Shown here: positions 46,671-56,279 of the stretch, piece after piece | Numbering within the stretch: position 1 is the first letter of the stretch | Layout of the letters: each line of letters starts with the position of its first letter | From: Candidatus Latescibacterota bacterium | Lineage (GTDB): Bacteria; Latescibacterota; UBA2968; GCA-2709665 | NCBI GenBank assembly: GCA_965219455.1 | Contig: OZ244744.1 | Span: forward strand, 3,040,001-3,104,000 | Direction of reading: 5' to 3' | DNA: 64,000 nt | Translations under genes and position numbers: made by a program | Notes under the pieces: model-generated | Told to the model about the DNA's origin: nothing | The model's database searches: none | The model's input: only the letters and a program-made list of their open reading frames with translations

Positions 46671-47885
46671 TTACTCTGACGGGACCTCTACAACATAAAT
46701 ATCAAAAGTCCTCTCGGGGCTGGAGAGAAAGGCGATTTTCCTGCCGTCAGGCGACCAGGCCGGAGTGTACTCGGCAGTTTCTCTATTCGTTAATCGTTTG
46801 ACATTCGTACCGTCAGCGTTCATTACTAAGAGTGGGCCGTCTCCCTCAGCTGAGTAAACGACTCTGGCGCCGTCCGGCGACCATGCGGCATCTACCCACA
46901 AATCATCCCAGATATCCTGAGAGGTCAGGCGAGTGACCTCGCTACCGTCAGCATTCATCACATACATATCGCCATAGTTTGTGCGGGCATTGTCGCGCCT
47001 TGACCAGAAGGTAATTCTTGTTCCGTCAGGCGACCACGTAGGCAGAATGCTACCTTCGGTATCTGCGGTGAGTTGCGTAACCGTTGCCGACTCAACATCC
47101 ACCACAGAAATCACGGCGAACCTATTTTCATTGGAATCAACACCTATAGACATAAAGGCGATCTTTTTACTGTCGGGTGACCAGACCGGAAGCCAATCCT
47201 GGACAGTACTGTTCGTTAGCCGTGTGAGATCTGCGCCTTCCGGACCCGCCACGTAAATTTCAAAGTTCCCGTCCTGGTTGGAAGAAAAGGCGATCCTGGC
47301 GCCGTCAGGTGACCAGGAAGGGTATATATCTTCTGCGTCATTATTTGTAAGGCGAGTGAGACCTTCACCATTTGCACCTACCTTATAGATCTCTGCATTC
47401 CCGTCCCGAGCAGAGGAAAAAGCGATGTGCTCACCGTCCGGCGACCAGGCTAGCGTCGTGTATAATTCGGTATCCACTGCAATTGAAGTGGCTAATCTTA
47501 TTGAATCACCACCATCCGCATTCATCACCCACAACTCCGGATCTTCAATACCGGAGAGATAAGCAATCTTTCGGCCGTCCGGCGGTGACCACGTGGGATG
47601 TAATTCGATGGTCTCGCTATTCGTCAAACGGGTGAGTTCGACAACACACGGTTTACCGAACAACCTCGCGAAGGCCAGAAAGTCGGCCAGATTAATTGCG
47701 CCATTGGTATCCAGATCCATTGCAGCGTTATAACCCGCTTCACCCTGCTGACCCCCAAATACAACGGCGAAGGCAAGAAAATCAGCGAAGTCAACCCGCC
47801 TGTCGTTGTCGAAGTCACCTGGACAACCGGAAGCCGGGGCTGTGATAACCAGGACCGCGAAGAGGACAACTGATCTGAAAAACAT
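46671..47885 (-). CDS. Secreted TolB-like PD40 beta-propeller with an N-terminal dockerin-like EF-hand pair
   Basis: Signal peptide; DFDNDRRVDFADF and DLDTNGAINLADF; seven WSP(P)D repeats. Confidence 0.9.
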   Translation of the reverse strand: MFFRSVVLFAVLVITAPASGCPGDFDNDRRVDFADFLAFAVVFGGQQGEAGYNAAMDLDTNGAINLADFLAFARLFGKPCVVELTRLTNSETIELHPTWSPPDGRKIAYLSGIEDPELWVMNADGGDSIRLATSIAVDTELYTTLAWSPDGEHIAFSSARDGNAEIYKVGANGEGLTRLTNNDAEDIYPSWSPDGARIAFSSNQDGNFEIYVAGPEGADLTRLTNSTVQDWLPVWSPDSKKIAFMSIGVDSNENRFAVISVVDVESATVTQLTADTEGSILPTWSPDGTRITFWSRRDNARTNYGDMYVMNADGSEVTRLTSQDIWDDLWVDAAWSPDGARVVYSAEGDGPLLVMNADGTNVKRLTNRETAEYTPAWSPDGRKIAFLSSPERTFDIYVVEVPSE

Positions 47886-48070
47886 AAATGGCTCCCTAGT
47901 AGAAAACCAGATACCTATTAATATAGTCTGAATTACAAGTAAAAAAAGGTAGTTTCCTTACACAAGTCATTGTATTATATTATGGTTAGCCCAATAACCA
48001 AACAACAATGAACTTGGAAGAAACTACCGTGGAAGGGCAAGATAGACATCAAAGGCTGTCTTGCGCAAGT

Positions 48071-48227
48071 GTTTCGGGCGAGCCGGTAAAAGCCGCCTTC
48101 GCCAGCAGTCCTGCCTGCGCCGCTACCGTCGCGGCAGGCAGGCATCTTGACGAGCGACAGCGGGGCGATGCTGCTTCGCAAGGTGGCGTCCAGGATCGGC
48201 ATTTTGTATCGGATCGTTGAGGCGATA
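48071..48227 (+). pseudogene. IS1380-family transposase N-terminal relic interrupted by a 33-bp palindrome
   Basis: VSGEPVKAAF[48110-48142]ILTSDSGAMLLRKVASRIGI resembles the F.GG.LTSD.G.LLLR motif. Confidence 0.6.
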
Positions 48228-48404
48228 ACTGTTAGAATCGGCTTTAAATTAAACAGTAGCAACGGTATAAAGGTGGACACTTTCGTGAAGAATGGGTTGT
48301 AGGAAGAAGAGAAGCTCTGCCTGTGCGTGCTGCCTCACGCACGCAGCCGGGGCCGAATCCAGGCAATTAATCCGTGGACAGAACACGAGGGAACCGGAGA
48401 CAGG

Positions 48405-48576
48405 ATGCGAAAGGTTGAAAAGCACCAACACGGAACGCCGTGTTGGGTTGATCTGGCGACAACTGATTTGGCTGGAGCGAAAGCGTTCTACGCCGGGTTA
48501 TTCGGTTGGGAGTATGTGGACGAGGAGATGGGGGAGATGGACATCGGGGTCTATTCGATGGCGATGCTGGACGGGT
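48405..48576 (+). pseudogene. Truncated VOC/glyoxalase family gene
   Basis: GTPCWVDLATTDLAGAKAFYAGLFGWEY; similarity ends after about 57 aa. Confidence 0.8.
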
Positions 48577-49015
48577 CTGCGACGGCGGATCGTGAACTCA
48601 CGCCCTCCCACCCGTCAAAATTGACACCACCTGAGGGACTGCCTCTTCCACGCTTTCATCCACTTTAGCGCCTTCCATGGGTGCAGCGTGCGCACGCAGT
48701 TCGATATTCCGGTAGCCCGCGACGCCGTCAAGAGTACTGGACCAGGCGCCGGCTCCGCGAGGCCTGATTCCGGCTTCCAGTTCCTTTCGAGGATACTCCC
48801 ATATCAGGTCCTTGCCGCGGTAGCGAACCCGGTCCCCCGCCTTCACGTCGCTCATCCTCATCCTGCGGTGTACACCGAAGTGAATCAGCCTGTGATGGAC
48901 GTCGTCTGACTGCGGTCCGGAGGCCTCCCATCCCTCAACCAGATAGTTTCCCGTTGCATGCGACAGGCTGAATCCATCACCATCGCGTTCGATCATTGGT
49001 ACTCTTCCTGCGGCC

Positions 49016-49335
49016 GTGATGTAGGCGGTTGGTATGCCTCTCATCTCGAACTCCAGCATATCGTGCAAACTGCACGAACTGGCGCCGCATCAATCCACAA
49101 CGCCCATAACAAGCCCGTCGCACCGTGGAACGATTGCCTCCAGAAGCTTCTTCGTGCAGACGCGGTAGGGGGATGACTTTTTCCAGGGTCCCACCACATT
49201 CGCGTTGTACTCTGCCGCGAGCCGCTCCCCAACAGCATTGAGAACGGCTCCCGCGGTACGCTTTCCCGGGTCCAGAAGTCCGATCCTGGCGTCATTCAGG
49301 CGGGTCAGGCGGGATGCGGGTTCAATTCTTGACAC
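49016..49335 (-). CDS. UGSC-type selenoprotein candidate (UGA at 49092-49090), 3' part replaced by unrelated sequence
   Basis: IGLLD.GK...WKK...CD.LV.GVVD-TGA-CGASSCSLHDMLEFEMRGIPTAYI continues in frame across the UGA; AAAGGAG RBS; SECIS-like hairpin. Confidence 0.7.
49053..49089 (-). promoter_or_regulatory. Bacterial SECIS-like hairpin
   Basis: Just 3' of the UGA: CCAG-T-TCGTGCA-GTT-TGCACGA-TATG-CTGG, with GU in the apical loop. Confidence 0.6.
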
Positions 49336-49481
49336 AGGTCTTCTCCTTTCTGATCTTACCTCTCGGTTAACGTCCGAAATGTCAGCGTATAGGGCAAGTC
49401 CCGGGCCTGGGCGCGTTCGAGCGCTTCTACCCTAGATTCCCGGCCTAATATAGCCGAAGAAAGGTCCGATGTCTGCTAAAA

Positions 49482-49924
49482 GTGTCCTGTCACAAAGATA
49501 TCTCACCATTCTCCCGCCGACTCATCTTGTCTCGCGGCGTTGTTAAAAGACGGTGAGACGGAAGACGTAAGCCGTGTTAGTTACTTTCCCGTACCACTCG
49601 TCCGCTAATGGACACTCGTTGTGCGAAACGAGAAGTGGATTGGGCAGCGGAGCGCAAGACCTACCCCCTTTCCCCCTTCCTGAAGGAAGGGGGGAACTGT
49701 CATTGGTTGACGACATAACGACAGTTAAAGAATCCACGCGACATATTGTTACGGGTCAACGCTCGTCTCCCCCTTTCCTTTAGGAGAGGGGGCCGGGGGG
49801 AGAGGTCACGGCGCTGATGTCAACTGATTGGGTTTTTGCTTCAAGCTGACGGCTGAGAGCTGAGAGCTGTTATTGCTGCTTCTGATCGGCCGGATTTTGG
49901 CAAACTATCTTCCGGACAGAACAC
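49482..49924. mobile_element. Long MITE family B copy with nested modules
   Basis: GTGTCCTGTC ... GGACAGAACAC; 3' 280 bp matches 31734-32035. Confidence 0.75.
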
Positions 49925-49993
49925 AAGTTGGCGTAATCACCCCTGGTCGCGTTTGCGCGACCGAAGTAGCCGAGCGAATTTGAGGAGGTCTTA

Positions 49994-50731
49994 ATGTTAA
50001 CTGACGAACAGGTCCGGCAGTTTCGAGAAGATGGGTATCTCGTTTTTGAAGCCCTGATACAAGGCGAACGATTGGCCTGTTACAAGCGCGTGTTTGATGA
50101 ACTGGTTGCAGAGGGGCGTAAAATGACCGGGGAGACGCCGCACTGGGCGCTCGAGTTGGACGAACGCGGTAAACCCCGGGCAGGTTTGTTGCACAAAGTT
50201 CAGGGGGTTTGCGTGGTCGATGCCCGCGTGTTGAAACTGGCGCGTGAACCGGCGATTTTAGACCGCGTCGCAGGTTTGATTGGTGAAAATATCGATGTGT
50301 TTGGCACCAAGTTTTTTCCGAAGTTGCCCAACGGCGGCACGTCAACGAGCTGGCATCAGGACAATTTTTATTTTGGCACCGATACGGATCGCATTGTCAG
50401 TTGCGGAATTTATCTGGAAGATTCAGACGTGGAGAATGGGTGTCTGCGGGTGGTACCCGGCAGCCACCGGACAGGCGAGATTGTCACGCACCGCAAAAAT
50501 CCAGGCAGGCATGGCAGTTGGACGGAGGTCGATGATTCGCGGTCCGTGGATCTGGTCATTCCCGCCGGCACGGTTGTTCTGTTTTCCGCCAATCTCTTGC
50601 ACGGCGCCTATGATAACCACAGCAATCGCACGCGCTACAGTACGGCCTGGCATTATCTGCCGGAGGAACTCAATCCGGAAAGGTTTCCAAAGGGAAGTTA
50701 CGAAGATCGACACGTGGCGCGTAAGCATTGA
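49994..50731 (+). CDS. Phytanoyl-CoA dioxygenase (PhyH) family Fe(II)/2OG enzyme
   Basis: FREDGY, WHQD, NGCLRVVPGSH, LLHG, N.S.R.R; GAGGAGG RBS. Confidence 0.93.
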   Translation: MLTDEQVRQFREDGYLVFEALIQGERLACYKRVFDELVAEGRKMTGETPHWALELDERGKPRAGLLHKVQGVCVVDARVLKLAREPAILDRVAGLIGENIDVFGTKFFPKLPNGGTSTSWHQDNFYFGTDTDRIVSCGIYLEDSDVENGCLRVVPGSHRTGEIVTHRKNPGRHGSWTEVDDSRSVDLVIPAGTVVLFSANLLHGAYDNHSNRTRYSTAWHYLPEELNPERFPKGSYEDRHVARKH

Positions 50732-51023
50732 GAAGCGGGGTCCGGGGGCTGGTCGGTGTGTTGATGAACTGCCCTGAAAGGTTGCCAGTTGTACCGCGTT
50801 CCGCTGATTCGTGTAGGGCTGCCGGCGGTGCCCCTTCAGACGGCCCCGCCTCAGCCGCAATTCGAGTTCGCCGCTTAACCTCCTCCGCGATTCGCACCCT
50901 GCCCCGCGAGCCGTAGGGAGGAGTAGACCCTACGCTGCCCGGTTGATCCCTGAAACGCGCCGATATTTTCCGCAACGGTACTGAGAGAAATCCCGAAAGA
51001 TCAGGTGCGAGGAAAAGCGTCTA

Positions 51024-51074
51024 TTTCATAATATAGCTTGTTTCCCAGGAAGCGAAACATTATATTTAGTGAAA
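51024..51074 (+). promoter_or_regulatory. Promoter with an inverted-repeat operator upstream of the AbiE-like pair
   Basis: TTGTTT, 17 nt, TATATT; TGTTTC-N9-GAAACA inside a larger imperfect inverted repeat. Confidence 0.55.
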
Positions 51075-51098
51075 CGACTTTAATAGCGTAGGAGATCC

Positions 51099-52178
51099 AT
51101 GCCTCTCCCAGACAAACAGCCGCCGACCGCAACACAGGTCGCGCGCCACGTCGAAAGCGCTCTGGCTGAACGAATTCCGTCCGGCTGGTCACTTTCCGCT
51201 CGGACCAGGGCGCCTGCTGGTCGCTACCAGGTGGATCTGCTGGCAGAGATCGCGTCACCCGCCGGAGCTACCGCGGTCCTTGCCATTGAGGTCAAGCGCA
51301 CTCTGGAACCACGCGGCGTCCTCCATGCGATCGAGCAACTCACCGCGATCACGGCCGGCGCGATGCCTCGGGCGGTACCTGTGGTAGCGTCATCCTACCT
51401 CTCCCCCCGCGCCCGTACTCTCCTTCGTGAACGAGATGTCGGCTATATCGACACTACGGGCAATGTTCGCATCGAAGCTTCCAGGCCGGGGCTGTTCATT
51501 TCTGCCGACGGGGTTGATCGTGATCCCTGGCCAAGGGATCACAAGCTACAGTCGCTGCGGGGCCGGGGTGCTGCACGTGCAGTGAGGGCCATCATCGACA
51601 CAATTCCCCCGTACGGTGTCCGAGAGCTGGCCCAGTCCACCAGCGCGTCGGCGCCGACCCTGTCGCGCGTGTTGGACTTGCTCGAACGGGAAGCCATCGT
51701 GACCCGCGTACGAGGAGGAGTATCCGCCGTCGATTGGAAAGGCGCGATCAGGCGGTGGACTGAGGATTACGACCAGACGGACTCGAACACGTCTACGATG
51801 GCTCTTGAGCCACGGGGGATGTCGGCTCTCGAGAAGAAACTCCGCGCGACGAAGCTCGCGTACGTCGCCACCGGCGCGTTCGCCGCCCAGCGATTCGATC
51901 CGATTGCCCCGGCAGCACTGGCGGCCATCTACGTCACTGACTCGATCGAGTTCATCCAGCAACTGGATCTTCGGGAGACGGAAGCCGGCGCCAACGTGGT
52001 GATTCTAGAGCCTCTCGACCCCGTCGTCTTTGATCGGGCGGTCGACCGTGACGGCCTTCGTTGCGTCGCTCCCAGCCAGCTCGCCGCGGACCTCCTGACC
52101 GGTCCGGGTCGCGAACCATCGCAGGGTGAACACGTACTGACGTGGATGGAGAAGAACGAACATGTCTGGCGCTTCTGA
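51099..52178 (+). CDS. AbiEi-like antitoxin/regulator (restriction-like N-domain plus wHTH)
   Basis: VDL...IEVK, YLSPR, GYIDTTGN, HTH 'GVRELAQ...PTLSRVL', GANV, QLAADLL..PGR; AGGAG RBS. Confidence 0.75.
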   Translation: MPLPDKQPPTATQVARHVESALAERIPSGWSLSARTRAPAGRYQVDLLAEIASPAGATAVLAIEVKRTLEPRGVLHAIEQLTAITAGAMPRAVPVVASSYLSPRARTLLRERDVGYIDTTGNVRIEASRPGLFISADGVDRDPWPRDHKLQSLRGRGAARAVRAIIDTIPPYGVRELAQSTSASAPTLSRVLDLLEREAIVTRVRGGVSAVDWKGAIRRWTEDYDQTDSNTSTMALEPRGMSALEKKLRATKLAYVATGAFAAQRFDPIAPAALAAIYVTDSIEFIQQLDLRETEAGANVVILEPLDPVVFDRAVDRDGLRCVAPSQLAADLLTGPGREPSQGEHVLTWMEKNEHVWRF

Positions 52179-52990
52179 CCCTCTGTACGTACGCGCGCAC
52201 TGCGCTTCTCGACGCCGCCGAGGCGCTGGCCGAACAGCTCGATGCCGTCGTGCTCGTCGGCGCTCAGGCCGTCTATATCCACACAGGGGATGCGGATTTC
52301 GTCGCCACAGCTCCGTACACGACCGACGCCGACTTCTGCATAGCGCCAGAACATCTGAACGACACGCCTCTTCTGGATGAACTGCTGACCGCGCGCGGGT
52401 TCTCGCCCGGTGAGCATCCCGGCGCCTGGCTCAGCCCAGACCGCATTTCCGTTGACCTCATGGTCCCCGTAGTGCTGGCCGGAGCCGGTTCAAGGGGAGC
52501 CCGCCTGGGACCCCACGGCAAGAGAGTTGCAAGGCGTGCCAAAGGCCTGGAGGCAGCGCTTGTCGATCGGAAGCCAACAGTGATCACATCACTCACGCCA
52601 GGCGTCGAACGATCAGTCACAATGCTTGTCGCCGGGCCGGCGGCGCTTCTCGTCTCCAAGATACATAAGATCGCGGAGCGCACGGGCGCCGGTGATCGCA
52701 TCACGGACAAGGACGCGCTTGATATCCTGCGTCTGCTGCAGGCCATAGATACTGAAGCACTCGCGCAAGGCTTGGTTTTACTTGCGGCCCACAAGTTCTC
52801 CACGGAGGTAACAGCCGAAGCGATGTCCCAGCTCACGTCGTTGTTCGGTAGCCCACACGATGTGGGAATACGCATGGCGATCCGCGCCGCCCGCCCCAGC
52901 GTCGAGCAGGATGTGATTGCCGCTTCGTTCGCTGTACTCGTTTCAGATTTACTCGCCGCAACCGATAGACTGCTCGTTAACAGGCACTGA
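52162..52990 (+). pseudogene. AbiEii-like nucleotidyltransferase toxin with an apparent 2-nt frameshift near codon 12
   Basis: LVGAQAV, TTDAD, VDLMVP, K..K, KDALD motifs; the RBS-supported ATG 52162 is out of frame with the gene body at the CG run 52192-52198. Confidence 0.7.
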
Positions 52991-53002
52991 GGAAATCCAC
53001 GA

Positions 53003-53100
53003 ATGCTCAATAGAGGCTCTCAATGGAACCTGCGGGATCCGCATATCCATACTCTTATTAAGCAACCGGTTCGACGGAGCCCAACCGCGATGCGTGGAAG
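53003..53100 (+). pseudogene. N-terminal relic of a PHP-domain/ATPase (Ppl/TrlF-like) gene
   Basis: MLNRGSQWNLRDPHIHT resembles RGS.W..WD.H.HT; GAGG RBS; decays immediately afterwards. Confidence 0.55.
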
Positions 53101-53178
53101 GGCCCTGGTGAAAGTACAGTCGTCGTACTGGTTCAGTACGAATTGTCACAGCATCGCATGGATAAAAATGTGAACACC

Positions 53179-53886
53179 TCAGGTGTTTTGCTTCCTTAAA
53201 ACGCATGTGAATTTCTCTTTGTTCAAAACTGAATTGACAACCTGAAACGGAGATGCTTTCAGTTCTGCTATGAGATCTTCAGCGAAGAAAAAATGCAGGT
53301 AATTTGGTGATCCAAATGCAAATCCGTCCCCTTCTTCCAGGGTGTTATAGTTGAGAGCAAATCGATGATGGTTGTCATCGTATACCTCCTCGTAATTCTT
53401 CAGTACAGAATCCAGCACTGTCTGAGACATTAAAACTTCGCCATTTGGATATAACACACGCGAGATCTCTTCCAAGAAAGCGATTCTTGATGCGCGGTGG
53501 GGGACATAACAGTATACGTTTCCCATAAATGCAGCTGCAAATGATGTATTGGAAAAAGGTAGCGTCGGCATTTCATATTGTAGGAATGTCACGTCGATGG
53601 GTTCCTTTGCAGCATTTCGCCGTGCCTGTTCAATCTGCTTTTTTGCGACATCAATACCGGTGACGCTATATCCAAGCCGCGCAAGTGCGAAGCATAGTCG
53701 TCCTGTCGCACATCCGATGTCTAACAGGCGGCTGTCTACAGGGTACTTTCCAATAAACGCTTGTTCTTCCTCCCTGATACCGATTTTTAGTTCTTCTTTT
53801 CGGATTTCAAGTTCTGCAGGATCGTTGTACTTTTCCTTTACAGAGTCCAGTAATCTTTGGGATTCTTGTGAAATTTTAGCTTTCAT
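53179..53886 (-). CDS. Class I SAM-dependent methyltransferase
   Basis: LLDIGCATGR, VTGID, LPF, RVL.PNG; low GC. Confidence 0.9.
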   Translation of the reverse strand: MKAKISQESQRLLDSVKEKYNDPAELEIRKEELKIGIREEEQAFIGKYPVDSRLLDIGCATGRLCFALARLGYSVTGIDVAKKQIEQARRNAAKEPIDVTFLQYEMPTLPFSNTSFAAAFMGNVYCYVPHRASRIAFLEEISRVLYPNGEVLMSQTVLDSVLKNYEEVYDDNHHRFALNYNTLEEGDGFAFGSPNYLHFFFAEDLIAELKASPFQVVNSVLNKEKFTCVLRKQNT

Positions 53887-53932
53887 GTGGAAGTTTAGCT
53901 CCCGTTGCTTGAGTCGCCTGGCCCCCGACTGA

Positions 53933-54835
53933 TTACCTCAGTCCATTGATTTCGTATCTTGAAACAAAGTTCCATATCAGCGCGCTTGTATTGGAGCCGT
54001 CGTAGTTGATATCAAACCAGACGTGTCCTCCGTCGATAACCTTATAGTGGTCAACAGAAGTATTGTCGTCTCCATCTGTATAGGAATAGCGTTCGATTGT
54101 TATTGCACCATCAGTCGCGCGATTTACCGTGGGAGTCGCACCGGTATTATTGAAACCTGTCCAATATGCAAGCACGTCGTCAATTGATTTTAATCCTTCA
54201 GTCCCGCCACCATAGGGGACATAGGCGTCCGATGTACCATGGATGTTTATCATGGCCGTGGGGTGTGACGGACTGCAGTTGTAATATGTTTCCTCCATCA
54301 TTGTTCCTGCAACGGATCCTATAGCCGCTATTTTATCACTATGATAGCAGGCAAGTGAATATGAAAAAAAGGCGCCATTTGAGTAACCACAGGAATATAC
54401 GCTTGCCGGGTCAATTTTGTAATTGGACGAGATTTCGTTGATCAGCGCTTCCACAAAGCCGAAGTCATCCGCATCACTTTTGTTGTCATCTGACTTTAAG
54501 CCGGCATTCCAGTGCGGGTCTCCATTCAGCAAGGTACCTTGAGGATAAACCAGAATAAAATTCCCTGTATCCGTCAATGACCGCATATCTGCGAAATTCA
54601 AATATTTGTCTGCGGTCTGACCAAATCCGTGAAAGTTGAGCATCAGTGGGACGCTAGCATCTCCATCATAAGAATCCGGCACATACACGATATATTCTCT
54701 TGTTATTCCGTTATGGGACAGTGTTTGTGCAAATAATCCTGCTGTAGCAGGTGCATCGAGTGGCACGTCGTCATTTCCTGAGCAGGAAAACAGGCTTGAC
54801 AATGCCACAGTGACAACAAAAAAAAGCCTCAACAT
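53933..54835 (-). CDS. PHB depolymerase/LpqC-like esterase, probable lipoprotein
   Basis: REYIVYVP, NFHG, VYPQG, DDFGFV, GYSNG, IHGTSD, GGH.W; lipobox-like LFSC. Start may be 54871. Confidence 0.88.
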   Translation of the reverse strand: MLRLFFVVTVALSSLFSCSGNDDVPLDAPATAGLFAQTLSHNGITREYIVYVPDSYDGDASVPLMLNFHGFGQTADKYLNFADMRSLTDTGNFILVYPQGTLLNGDPHWNAGLKSDDNKSDADDFGFVEALINEISSNYKIDPASVYSCGYSNGAFFSYSLACYHSDKIAAIGSVAGTMMEETYYNCSPSHPTAMINIHGTSDAYVPYGGGTEGLKSIDDVLAYWTGFNNTGATPTVNRATDGAITIERYSYTDGDDNTSVDHYKVIDGGHVWFDINYDGSNTSALIWNFVSRYEINGLR

Positions 54836-55706
54836 CAAGGCGGTCCCAAAGTTCTGTTTTGTAAGTATCACACGATTCTTCCGGTGATTTGAAATCCTCC
54901 CCCAACCCCTTAACGTCCCCTATTCCAATGCCCTTTTCGAAAGGCGGGGAGACGGAAGAGGGTAGACGCAAGAGCACCACGCTTCACATCACAGGGCACA
55001 CGCTACCCTAAGCAATTCTCTTCCCTTTAGATATTGCGAGAGTCCTGTCGCGGACGCCTCGTATGACAGAGTTACCAACACCTCTAACGTGACTTAGTCT
55101 GCCAACACCGATTTTGTTTTTGACAGATCCACCGGTTTTTAAAATTAACACTCTTGATAGCGCGCGAGGTATGATCAAGGTGGCATGTGGTGCTTCTTTT
55201 TAGGTATCGTGATGGGTGCGTGTAGTCAGTCCGGCGGTAGTTATCGCGCTCCCAAACCCTTTCCACAGACACCAAAGAACCACTTGGAAAGGAGACCCAA
55301 AACACTAATTACATACCCCGTCCGAAACCCCACAATCGCCACTTCCAAGTGGCCTGATTAGACCTTACAGTCAGACTTTCAGGCAAGATGCTTTCATGTT
55401 TCTTCATGCTGCCAGCTAACGAAAGGCGTTGAAATGTCCTCTCCGCATCAGCCGTCGCAGGCCCTTCGGTGCTTCGACAACGCTTCGACAAGCTCAGGGC
55501 AAGCCTCAGGGACATCAAGATCACGGACCGGCTCGGCTTCTGCCTGCCTGTCTGCGGACGCAGGCAGGCGACTCCCCCTCAACGGGGAGTGATTAGACCA
55601 CTTAACGGGCTCGCGCGTTCAATGTGCCGCCTATTTGGTTGCTGCTGAGTACAGCGAAGCCGCGTTAGGGCGATCAGTGACAAGGTTATGTCACCAATAT
55701 GCGGAC

Positions 55707-55744
55707 AAAAAAGAACGCCCTGGACCGGAGTATAACCCAGGGGC
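55707..55744 (-). terminator. Probable terminator for the low-GC gene trio
   Basis: Minus strand CGCCCCTGG...CCAGGGCG followed by TTCTTTTTT. Confidence 0.55.
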
Positions 55745-55770
55745 GGACAATGCGTGAATATGTCTCTAAA

Positions 55771-56274
55771 TCAATCCCTCCAGCGAGTTGTCTTCAAGAA
55801 CCATTCCCACTCCTTTTTTGCTTCTTGATACTCGGATCTCATAGTGTCGATGGAGTCTACCGGAGCGCCTTTTATCTCCATATTTTCTAGTTTCAATCTT
55901 AAAAGTTCTGTCTGATTCATAAGACTAAAGCCCTTAATATGGATGAGGTTATTGGGGACGTCAAGATTTCTGTATTCCCAACTGAGCAGTTTATAACGAG
56001 CTATAGAAAGAGAATCAGCCGGCACTTTGAAAGTAAGTACAAGGTCTTTCGGATAGCGAAAACCCGTATATAACTTTATGGGTCCTGAATATCGTCGAAA
56101 AAGGGCCAAAATGTCGCCAAACTCTGATACCCATTTTTCACATCGTTCGACACTAAGTAGAAAATCACGCCGAGAAAATTGTTCAGGTTTCACATAGGAT
56201 TCATCCATATTTTCTACAGCCGTACTGGGAGACCAGGAAAGGAGGAATACCAAGAGGAAGATGAATTTTTTCAT
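55771..56274 (-). CDS. Secreted hypothetical protein
   Basis: Signal peptide MKKFIFLLVFLL; GGAG RBS; 5 nt downstream of the previous gene. Confidence 0.75.
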   Translation of the reverse strand: MKKFIFLLVFLLSWSPSTAVENMDESYVKPEQFSRRDFLLSVERCEKWVSEFGDILALFRRYSGPIKLYTGFRYPKDLVLTFKVPADSLSIARYKLLSWEYRNLDVPNNLIHIKGFSLMNQTELLRLKLENMEIKGAPVDSIDTMRSEYQEAKKEWEWFLKTTRWRD

Positions 56275-56279
56275 AACTC

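Noticed and set aside
54818-54825. A8 tract in the esterase signal-peptide region as a phase-variation switch
   Set aside because: Short, in frame, and expected from Phe/Leu codons in low-GC DNA.
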